Assembly: GCA_043228905.1 (NCBI GenBank)
Contig: JBHGNT010000022.1
Location: forward strand, 3,906,001-3,970,000
Length of the DNA: 64,000 bases
Source of the DNA: Azolla caroliniana
Taxonomy: Eukaryota > Plantae > Polypodiophyta
Reading direction: 5' to 3'
In this document: piece by piece, positions 27,491 to 38,542 of the stretch
Numbering within the stretch: position 1 is the first letter of the stretch
Layout of the letters: each line of letters starts with the position of its first letter
Position numbers and translations under genes: made by a program
The notes under the pieces: generated by a model
Databases searched by the model: none
Seen by the model: the letters and a program-made list of their open reading frames with translations, nothing else
Told to the model about the DNA's origin: nothing

Positions 27491-30400
27491 GTCTGTGTCG
27501 AGGTCGGATTGTGGTGGCGAGGTTGGATGGTGATGAGAGTGAGATTGAGAGAGAGAGAGAGTTCAGAAAGCGGGGGTTCTCTGTGCGTAGGTTCTCGTCT
27601 GATGATCTTCCAGCGCCTTGGTGCTTCTGTGCTCCTGGGTTCGCGAAAGTAGAGGGTCTCCACGCGCAATGGTTTTTCTCTGTGCATTCTGGCGCCTTTT
27701 TCGAGTGTGTGCACGTCGTGTACTAAAATAGAATTATGTCCTGTGGTGGCGCTTAAATGCCTACTACGTACCTTTTCGCTCCTCGCTCTCTCGTCCATTC
27801 ATACCTCGCTTTTGCATGATTACTTCACCTTTTTTTTGATAAATTTTAATGTGGTGTGAGGTTAGTTGTCCGTTGGTCCTATCAGACCCTTATTGGCCTC
27901 ATTACGGTTTGCCGTCGCCTCATTCTCCCCTGTTACCGGCTTGCCGTCTCCTCCGTCTTGGTGGTTGCCGTTCCCCTCAGAGGTTGCCGTTTCCTCACCG
28001 GTGTCGGTCCTTTGCTCAAATGGGTTCTTGGGCATTGGTCCTCTATATGGCTTCAATCGAAATCCGTTGACCCATTTGCCTAGCACTTCGCCGGCAAGTG
28101 TCCCTAATTGGTAGGACCCATTATACTCACGTGTCAGCCAATACGGGCCGCTCCATCTAAACCGTAGTTTACCGAGCATCTTTCCCATCTGGGTCTGAAA
28201 TACTAACACCGGCTTGCCGATTGCGAACATTTTTTCATTTCCTTTCCTGTGTCGGTCGACAAATGCTTTCCATCGCCGTTGTTCCAATTCTAAGTGCAGG
28301 ATGCTTGCCAGTCGTTGTTCCTCGAGTTCACACAACGCTGTGAACCGTATTGCCTCCGATTCCTTCTCGTTCAGCCGTTCCCGTAGCTGGATCCGTAAGC
28401 TGGGTACTTGGAATTCCACCGGCATTACCGCCTCTAGTCCGAACGCTAACCGAAACGGTGTTGTTCGGATGCTCGTTTTATATGCTGTCCGGTATGCCAA
28501 AGCGCGCTATGTAGCTTGGTATCCCAATCTGTTCGGTTTTCATTGACGATCTTCCGGAGGATATTCTGGAGCGTTTTGTTCGTCGATTCAGCTAACCCGT
28601 TTGCTTGCGGATAGTATGGTGTGCTCCGTTTATGGACAACGGCATAGAATGTCGTCAGGCTTTCAACTACTTGGCCGAGAAAGTGCCCCCCTTGGTTAAT
28701 TCGATTGGGCATCCGTAACGGCACCAGATGTATTTGTATAGAAATTTTGCCGTTGACGCAGCAGTGTTGTCTCTTAAGGCTTTGGCCTCCACCCATTTCG
28801 TGCAGTAATCCATCACGATGATGACGTACCGATTACCTGTTCTCATTGCTGGTGGTTTGAACGGTCCAACAAAGTCCAACCCCCACTTCTGGAATGGTTC
28901 GAGTGGTAGTACAGGCTGGTGTGTCATCCGAGCCTGCTCCGTTGGCTGGCCCATTCGCTGGCATAGGTCACATTCTCTTGCGTACCGTACAACATCTCTT
29001 AATGTAGTTGGCCACCATAGGCCACTTTGCCATATTTTCCTGGCCGTCGCATCTCCGGCATAGTGACCTCCGGCAACTCCGCAGTGGGCTTCCCTCAGTA
29101 TGAGGTCCTTTTCATCGCTGCGCACAGCCCGTCTCCATATGCTGTCCGCGCCCTTGTGGTAAAGTGTGTCTCGCAGTAAGCAGAAATGTCGGCTTTGCAC
29201 CGCCAGGTGTTTCCTTTCGTCCCGGTTCATCTCTTCCGGAGGCAGTCCTGTGCTCAGAAACTGGTGCATATTTGTGAGCCACTTGTCTTCCTATGCCACC
29301 GTCTCATCTACTGCCGTTTCCGTAGTGACTCGAAACAGCTCCGCATCCGGAAACTCGTCCGCTACTCCGTCGCCCATCTCTCCGGACTCTAATCGGCTTA
29401 AATAATCCACTACGACATGCTGTATACCGGGTCGGTGGAATATTTCGAACTCGAATTCCTGTAACAGTAATGTCCACTGGGCCAATTTACCGGTGAGTGA
29501 CGCCTTGGACACCAGGTAGAGGAGTGCCGAATGATCTACATGGAAGGAAAACTTCCTTCCCAATAAATAATGCCGAAACTTTGTCACACTGTAGATCATC
29601 CCTAGAGCTTCCCGTTCCGTGGTAGAGTAGTTCCGTTCCGCTTGGGATAGCTTTCGGCTGGCATAGTACACTGGCCGGTACCACTTTGGCTCCGTAAGCT
29701 GCATCAGTACGCTTCCGATTGCGATGTCGGAGGCGTCCACGAACACATGAAATTCTTTACTCCAATCCGGAGGCTGCACTACCGGTGCTTGCGACAATAG
29801 TACCTTGAGGGCCCTATACGCCCTATCCTCGGTGTCGGTCCACTGGAATGGTGTCCGATGTATGGCGGCATGCAACAGTGTAGCCAGGTCGTCCAAGTAT
29901 CGGAGCATCCGGTTGTGCCACCGGATCTGGCCTAAGAACCGGCTCAATGCCTTTGCCGTTGCCGGCGCTGGTGCTTCTAATATGGCTTTCACTTTGTCTG
30001 GGTCGATTGCAATACCTTCTTGGCTCACAATATGTCCTAATAAGGTTCCATTGGACACGCCAAATACACACTTTGTCGGATTCAAGCTTAGCCGGTACGC
30101 TCTACACTTTTCTAGACAAAGACAGAGGTGCTAAAAATGGTCCTCCTCCCGGCTATAGACGGCAAAATCATCAAGGAAAACCTGCATAAAAGCTAGGATA
30201 TATTCACCAAAGATTTCCATGATGATTCGTTGAAATGTTGCCAGTGCCGTTTTGAGTCCGAACATCATCACCACGGCCACAAACACCCCCCATTCGGTGA
30301 CGAAGGCCGTTTTCTCTTGGTCGTCGGGGTGCATCCGGATCTGATTATACCCGCTGAATCCGTCTAGAAAGCTATAGACCTCATGGTCGGCAACGGCATC

Positions 30401-33330
30401 CAACACTCCATCTGTGAACCATAGTGGAAACGCATCCGTTACCGTAGCCGCATTGAGTTTCCGGTAGTCCACACAAACTCAAATTTTTCCGTTCTTCTTC
30501 GGTACGACTACGATCGGGCTCAACCATGTCGCTTTCTTTACCGGACGGATAAAGCCATCTCTTAGCAATTTGTCGATTTCCTCCTTGACTTTGGCGGCAT
30601 AATTGGGATTCATCCGGTACCGTCTTTGTGCCACTGGTTTTGCGTCCTTGCTCAAGTGAATTTGATGCTGGTATAACTGAGGGTCGAGCCCTCGCATGTC
30701 TTCGTATGACCAAGCGAACAAGTCGCGAAATTCCGTGAGAAGTGTGATCATCGCCGTTTTGTCTTCGGACTTCATCTCCTTGGCGATGTGCACCGGTTTT
30801 GCTTCGTCTGTGGTCCCTAGGTTCACCTCTTCAAGTTGCGACACTTTTACACGCTGTGAAACGACCATTTCCCGTTCCAACGCTTCCTGCGGTTGCCGTA
30901 ACTCTCGGATTGCGTCTTTATCCAGTTCTGCTTCAGCCTCTTCTGGCTGCGGTAAGTATGGTGCTACTGCTTCGGCAATGTCAATTTCGAAGAGGGGTAC
31001 GATCTTCGGGTTTTCCTGCAAGTACTGAGCTTCTTCTTCGTCAGCTAACCCTTCTACCATGTTGACGCACTCTGCATACAACGGTGTACATTCCTTGCCA
31101 GTGCTCATCCTTGGCTGTGTTGGTACCCGTACCTTGGCTTTTCCTCGCCGGAAGGTAATTATATTTTTCCTCCAATTCTGTTTGATATGTGCCGTTTTCA
31201 ACCATGACCGCCCCAACAATAGCGGGTATGCGCCTTGTGCCTGTAATTGTAGCACTACTGCCGAGATGTGAAATGTATGACAGCCAACGGTGACTTCTAA
31301 TTTTCGTATTAATCCTGTCGACCGCACTAAGCTTGTATCGGCCATCCGTAACTAGAACAGACACGACTCCCACTCGTGGATTCCCAGGGCATCACACGTC
31401 TGGAGGCTTATTACATTCACACCGGAGCCTCCGTCCATAATTGTGCCGGGGAGTTCTTTCCCTTTTACAATGGCAGTGATTATCGGACTGTTGGTGTCCA
31501 CCACCGTTGGTCCCTCCTCTGGATTCGAGAAGAGTACCGGTGCCGGTGATGATTCTCCTGCCGTCATGGCCGCCTTCAGTCCTTCCGTGAATCTCGGCAC
31601 GAGCTGTAGGAGTCTTCCTAGTGGCAGCGTAATCTGGCATTCTTGCAACGCCTGCCATGTCTCGTTGTCGGAGTGACTGCCGCCGGCAAGCCCTACGGTG
31701 TTCTCTTTTTGCCGCTGTACGTCTGTGACATTTTGCTCGTTTGCTTTCTTCACCCATTCCGTCGTTTGCTTCTGGATGGTCTCCTGTGTCTCCCATTCCT
31801 TGGCCATGCCCTTCGACCTTGTGGTCACCTGCTGCAGATCTGCCACTTCAGGAACTACCATATTTACTGCCGGTCGTTTGTCATAGCTCTTCGCCGGGCA
31901 TTGATTACTATAATGGCCTTCTTGTCAGCAGTAGTAGCAGTAGGCTTTCCGGGTATTGCTGGATTCGGCATTGTCTGTTGTACCCGAGGCAGGTCCCGTC
32001 GTAAGCGCGGGGTTTTGGGCCGGTTGGCTGCTTGAAGCTCCTTGTTCCGGATCCCGTGGGTAGCCGCCTTTTTTGAAATGCCGTTTTTTGTTATAGTTCT
32101 TCTTATTGCGGTACTCTTGACGAGGTTGGTCGTTAAATCTGCCGTATTCCTCCCGTTGCTGATGATACCTGGGGGAGTGCTCCCGGTCGTAATGTTCGTA
32201 TCGTCTATTGTAATCCCAGTACCGATCATATCTATCTTACCGGTCATAGTTATCCCGCCGATCACCGTACCGGACCTCATTCTCCCGTCGATCGCCATAC
32301 CGGACATCCTGTGCCGGTCGGTCGCGGTCCATTCGCCACCAACGTTCCTCTTCTTCATCCCGGCTGCTGCGTGGCTCTATTTGTCGGACGGGTGGTGCTT
32401 GCCGGTTCAATAGATTATAATCGCACCTATCCGTAGTATGGCCCTTGGATTGACAGATTACACATTGCGTCCTCATAGTGCATTCTAGTGCCGAGTGTCC
32501 GGAATTCAAGCAGGTTGTGCACTGTATTGCTTGCCGAAACTGGAGGTCTTCATCGGATGGTAACGCCCGTTGGAGGGCTCCTAGTGTGAGCCAGGAGCTT
32601 GTCTTTTCCATCTCTCTCACCCGGTCAATGACCTGGTCGATGGTACTTGCGCGGAAGTCAATTACCGTGCAAACCGTGCGTAGGGGTTCCCGGAGCGCAT
32701 TTAGGAATATAGTCCGTAATTCCTCCTCCGGGGGTGTGTGGGCAAGCTGACTATGCATCCATTGAAACCGGATGACAAATTGGGGAATGCTCTCCCCTGC
32801 CTCCTGTCGGATGGTATAAAACAAGCCCACCACTACTGTCTGGTCCACCTCCTTTTGGAAAAAATGCAATAATTTAGCTTTTAAATCTGCGAAGGTGGTG
32901 ATGGTAGACGGATCCTGCGTCCGGCGCCATCTTGCTGCCGGTCCTTCCAATGTGACGCCAAATTCTGCTATCTTAGAGCGTTCCTCTTCCTCCGGGGTCA
33001 ATCGCTGGGACACATGGTTTGCTTCCCATGTCTGTTCAAAGGCGTGAACATGAGCTTCCGCGTCCGGATCATCTCTATACTTGGAGTACTGGAACGACAT
33101 GTCGTCGTCCGGTATCGGTGCGTGGGCTGGCGGTGTTGGTGGTCGTTCCTGGTTTTTCTCCGGCGTCGATGGTCTTTCCTGATTTGTTTCCAGCGTCGGT
33201 GGTCTTTACTCTTCTTTTGGTGACAGAGGCCTGTCCTCCTCGACTTCCGGTGTCGGAGGTCGGTCTTCCTGTGCTGGTTCCGGAGGTTCCAGCCTTAGCA
33301 CTTCTGGTTCCGGTGTCGGTAAGGTGTCTG
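25290..33330 (-). mobile_element. LTR-less internal region of an Athila/OTA-like Ty3/gypsy element (B); boundaries approximate
   Basis: Minus strand: gag (33100-31890, three CCHC knuckles), PR (IMDGGSG), RT (SFLDGFSGYNQI, VFLDD), RNase H (VDASDIAIG), IN ([26 protein letters not shown]; ends 27862), then an extra ORF at 27490-25290. Confidence 0.92.
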
Positions 33331-36300
33331 ATCCTTTGTGAAGTCAAAGAATCAACGAAAAAAGGAAAAGAACGAGTGGCACCGACTTACAAGTTAAGAT
33401 CAGACATAGAACAAACGACTGACTTGCGGAAGGTCCTTGAGGAGAAGGTTTTAGACAGTCATGTCGACCTTACTTTGAGAGAACTGCTTGGGATCGCGAA
33501 GGAGTTCCATGATACTATCGTGGACCTTATTAAAAGGAAGCAGCAACAATCTGATGATGAGGAGGTGAAAACAAGTGCCATAACCATGGAAAGATCGGAA
33601 GAGGAGGAGGAGGAAGAAGAAGTGGTAGTGGATAGCCATTACTCTCGACCTCATTGGGCAAGAGCGACAACGGAGATGCCGTTGAAGATCAGGGAGAAGA
33701 AAGAAACCGTGGTAGCCTTGATTGACCATGGCTCAGAGATCAACCTCATGTCGACCGAGTTCTACAAGAAAGGAAGATGGTCGATTAATACAAACCACGG
33801 ATGGAAGATTCGAGCAGCGACGAAGGCTATAGAGGACTTGTACGGAGCCTACCCCAACGTTAAAGTCATGATCGGGGATGTGGAGATTGATCAACACTTC
33901 TTCATGCAAGACTCGGATTCACATCCTATCATCCTAGGACAACCGTATATAACATCGTCCCGGATGGAGATCAAGGTGTTCGATAACGGAGCAGCCTTCG
34001 CGCGCGTCAAGAGTCTTGATAGTAAAAGATTTGTTCAATTCCTAACGGTGCGAGCTAATCACAAAAGGAACCGAGATAGCCTTGGAGGTGAATCTTTGGA
34101 TTTTTAAAGCGGACTATTGAAGTATGGGGCACAAATAGTCCGAGCAATCATAAGTCCCCACAAGGAAGTAGAGTGCGTGGATTGTAAGGAGAAGCAACAT
34201 GTGTCACACCTAGCGGCACATGCAAACTAAGACTACTCAACAAGAAGGAAAAGTGTCTGATACAAGACTTCGAGGAGGTGCTGAAAGAAGAAAGCATAAT
34301 CGAAGAAGAAGAATTCATGTTTTATATTCTAGAGGAAGCCTCATTTAACGACGCCATCGATGAAATCGAGGAAGTCGGGGACTTGAGCTATCCTCACCAT
34401 CAACATGTGATTTTGGTTAACTCCGTCAACATGTATACTATCATTGATGAATATCATCGAGGCATCTTGATAGAGGAAGCCGAAGTCAAAACAAAATATA
34501 AAACCATGGATAGGAAGGTCAAGCCAGTTGCAGTTCCACTACCGGAAGATAGTTGGCAAAAGATGAAGGAAGTTGCAAAAGATCCAAGCTTAAGGAATCC
34601 AAATACAATTGGTCACGTCTTCACTGATGAGACGAAAGGGAAGCTACAAGTTGGAAGGGAAGATTTCCTCCTCCTTGAAGAGGAGTGGATGTTCTGTGGA
34701 ATGCTTGAAAGACATGGGAAGGCTTTCGCGTTTTTCCCACAAGAAATTGGGTGTGCTAATCCAAGGACGGTAGAGCCAATGGTGATCTTCACGGTGCCGC
34801 ATGTGCCTTGGAATTTGAAACCGATATCGGTTCCGAGAGCACACTTACCGAAGTTGATTGAGCTCTTAAAGGAGAAGGTGAATATGGGAATTCTAGAACC
34901 ATCGAACGCTCCTTATTCTAATAGGTGGTTCACGGTGACGAAGAAGAATGGATCGTTGCGATTCATTCAAGATCTTCAACCCGTCAACAAGGTGACAATT
35001 TGGAATGCTGGAATCGGTCCGAGTGTGGATGAATTTGCTGAGGCGTTTGTGGGCCGGTCCATCTATTCCATCAACGATCTCTACTCTGGGTACGATCAAT
35101 TCCAGTTGGCGGTCGACAATCGTGACATTACAACCATGAGAACTCCAATCGGGTTGGTGCGGATGTGTACCTTACCTCAAGGCGCAACGAACTCGGTGAC
35201 TCATATGGTGAATGCCATGAACAAGGTCTTGAAGGATTGCATCCCAGATATCACGATGCCATTCTTGGATGATATCCCGATAAAAGGATGTTCGGATGAA
35301 GAGAAGGATGAATCAAAAGATAAGGATGGATGCAGAAAGTTCGTCGTGGATCATATGAAAGATTGCGAGAAGGTGCTTCAAAGGCTTGAAGATGCAAATT
35401 TGACATTTTCGGGAGAAAAATCCGCATTCAGGCAACTAGAGATCTTGGTGGTAGGTCACTTGTGTCGAGCATACGGTTGGAAGCCTTCACCATCCAAGGT
35501 GAATGCAATCCAAGACATGAAAGAAGAATGCGTAACCCAAATGGAGGTTCGAAGGTTCCTTGGAGCATGCGTGTTTTATCATATTTGGATTCCACACTAC
35601 GCCCACATTGTTGAGCCATTATATGGTCTACTAAAGAAGAAGCGGATGTTCGAATGGACGAGTGAGCATACAATCGCCATCCGAAGGCTGAAGAAATTAT
35701 TGATGGAGGCACTTGCATTACGGAAAGCGGACTATTCATACGACAAGCCCATTTTCGTGACCGTGGATACTAGTCCAATCGGAATCGGATGGTTTATCAA
35801 CCAAGAAGATGAAGATTGCAACTGATATGCAATTCAGTTTGGCGCGAAAGTGTTAAGTGACAGGCAAAGAAGGTATGCCCAAGTGAAGAGGGAGCTATGG
35901 GGAATCGTCTCGGCAATCAAATCTGATCGTGATTACCTTATTGGAGCAGAAGTCATAATTGAGACAGATTGCCTACCAATTTTGGGTATGATATCTGGTT
36001 GTAATACACCAGATATTGCCATGTTGCATTGGATTGCATATATCAAATCACTCAACCCGAAGATCCGTCATGTAGCTGGGAAGCGTAATGTCGTTGCTGA
36101 CATGCTATCACGAGCGAGATACGACGGAGAAGAAGATCGACATTCTGATGAAGAGGATGTTGGCTTGGATTTCTTTACAAGTTCCTACGCTCGGGTGCTG
36201 ACTACTTTCATAGAGGAGGATTACGAAGGCGAATTCGTGGAGATCGGGAAATACTTGAGTTCTCTCCAAAAAGATGAATCATGGTCGACGGAAGACTTCC

Positions 36301-38484
36301 ATCGAATTCAGAAGAAGGCATACAAGTATTTCCTTAAGGATGGAGCTCTTTGGAGGCATGCAAAAAAGAAGAATGGGACTCCAATGAGAGTTGTCTGCAA
36401 GCTAGAAGACCGACAAAAACTAATGTCCGAATTTCATGATAGTGTTTTTGCAGGCCATCGAGGAATATGGGCTACGTTTGCGAAGCTTAAGGAGAAATAT
36501 TGGTGGACGGGCATTTACAAAGATGTAGCAGCTTATGTGGAAACATGTAAGGAATGTCAGATTTTTTCGAATATTCGCCATCGAGATGAACTTCATCCGA
36601 CTTACCCGTTGGCTATGCATTACAAGTGGATGGTGGACATCGTGATGATGCCAATGGGGCGATGGCAGATGAAGTATCTTGTGCTCGTGAGAGAGGATCT
36701 TACCAATCAAGTTGAAGGGCGAGCATTGAGAACTAAGGAGACATCATCGGTATGCAAATTCCTTCTTGAAGATGTTATTTGCAGATATGGATGCGTCGAC
36801 AAGATAGTGGCTGATAGAGGCGAGCTAGACGCCAATGAAGCTAGAGAATTCTTCTCTAGGATGGGAATCAAATTATCTCTTACCATGGCGTATAATCCGG
36901 AAGCAAATGAGAAAGTGTAACGTGGACATGGACCAATTGTGAAGGCTCTAATGAAAGCTTGTAGTGGGAAAATAGGAGAATGGCCGCATCTATTGCCATT
37001 TGCACTATGGGCTGACAGGACTACTCATAGCACGGTGACGGGATACATGCCGGCAGAGCTCATATTCGGACAAAAGCCGATAATGCCTGTAGAACAAAGT
37101 ATCATTTCATGGTTTGCATTGCCATGGCAAGATAAGATAAGTAGAGAAGATCTTCTAGCATAGAGGATTCGTCAGTTGGAGTGGAATTTGGAAGATATAG
37201 AAGTGGCTAAAGCGCGACTAAAGAATGCAAGGCTAAAGAACAAGAAAGACTTCGATAAACGACATCAACTTCGCCCGAGGAAAATTGTTGAAGGAGATTG
37301 GATTCTAGTCTATGACAGTCGCCTAGACAACCAACATAGTACAACTCGAAAATTTTCACAACGATGGTTTGGACCATATGTGGTGAAGAAAGTGGAAGAA
37401 AATGCAACATATCATTTATTAGAATTGGATGGTACACCACTTGCCTTGCCAATTGCCGGTAAAAGAATCAAGATCTTCAAGAGAAGAGATAGAATAGAAA
37501 TTGGATTCGAAGCTTTTGACGATTCTGTCTTGAGCATCAATGAAAAAGTATAGTAAACAAAAGTGGAGCCTCACCGAAATTGGCACATACCGGTGGATGT
37601 GCAGGTTTGGTGGGGGCGAATGTCGTGTGAATCTTCACACACTATGTAAAAAAATAATGAAATAATTATTTTAGATTAGATTAGTAGCTTGTTATAGAAA
37701 TATGGATGTACTCAAGAGTTTCAAAACGCATTTTAGTACATTCAAAATAGACAAATACATATCAAGTTACGTGGACATGAAGCTTGAGAAGATAGGGAAA
37801 AAAGAATTTTGAAGTATCCCACATAGATAGGAAACTTAAGGCCCTGGCTATATAAGCACATTGAGATCCCTTAATTTTCATTTGTGCTAAGAGCACTTTG
37901 GCCACTTTGTCTAGATGGATGAATGTGGCCAAGTTCCCAAAAATTGATTGGCAATAAAATGGAACCGGCTGATCGGTAATGGAACCGGAACCAATCGGTA
38001 AGCAAACTAGAACTTGCTGGTAATCAAACTGGAATCGGCCGGTAGGCAAATCGGAACTAGTTGGTAATCAAACCGGAACTGGCGTAATCAAACCGGAACT
38101 GGCCGGTAAGCAAACTAGAACCGTCTGGTAAGCAAACTAGAACCCTAATTTTCCCTACGGAAGCCAAAAACCCTAATTTTCCATACGGAAGCTATTGAAC
38201 TCATAAACCATAATCTCTTATCAAAGCCAAAAAACCCTAAAATTCTATTGAATCCATATTTAGTTTCTTCTAATATATTATTCTAGTAATCTCCATAAGC
38301 TAAACTTTTGTAATCCCAATCTTGGGATTGATTGTAATCTTTCTTTCTATTTGTTAATGAAATTTGTCAATCTTTCTTATTTCGGTTAATTCTTAGTACA
38401 TAAACACACAAATTTGATATTCTCTGGTCGGAGGCCCCAGGGTCCTGCCTCAAGTTCACGTATCCTCGTCATATTTTCGCGACA
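33331..38484 (+). mobile_element. 3' part of an autonomous member of the Trp-primed gypsy family (A2): gag C-terminus/protease, pol, PPT and 3' LTR
   Basis: PR ALIDHGSEIN in an ORF ending at 34107. RT LPQGATNSV/PFLDD (34278-35825), RNase H, IN (GHRG..C..C, ADRGE, YNPEAN, WFGPY) to 37553. PPT-like tgggggcgaa at 37611-37620. LTR TGTCGTG...CGCGACA at 37621-38484. Confidence 0.93.
34098..34160 (+). promoter_or_regulatory. Putative -1 programmed ribosomal frameshift signal (G GAU UUU plus H-type pseudoknot)
   Basis: Heptamer 34098-34104 is in frame just before the TAA of the gag-pro ORF. 5-nt spacer. Stem 1 cggactatt/aatagtccg (34110-34118/34134-34142); stem 2 tgggg/cccca (34125-34129/34156-34160). 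The RT ORF lies in the -1 frame. Confidence 0.7.
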
Positions 38485-38542
38485 ATGCGGGCACCCACCG
38501 AAGACGAGGCTAAGGATACTTTTCTAACTGCCTTGTGCAGAC
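38485..38542 (+). pseudogene. Gag fragment of element H, continuing at 59629
   Basis: MRAPTEDEAKDTFLTAL joins RRPMRTTLVMLDF...VIDRVL after removing the hAT insertion. It matches B gag (PPEEELRTIFLNALREPLRT) and C gag (PVEDEARETFLAALRGPIRT). Confidence 0.8.

Noticed and set aside
33019-34107. 362-aa ORF as a single novel protein
   Set aside because: Chimeric: the first ~105 codons are the antisense of B sequence and only the remainder is A2 gag/protease.
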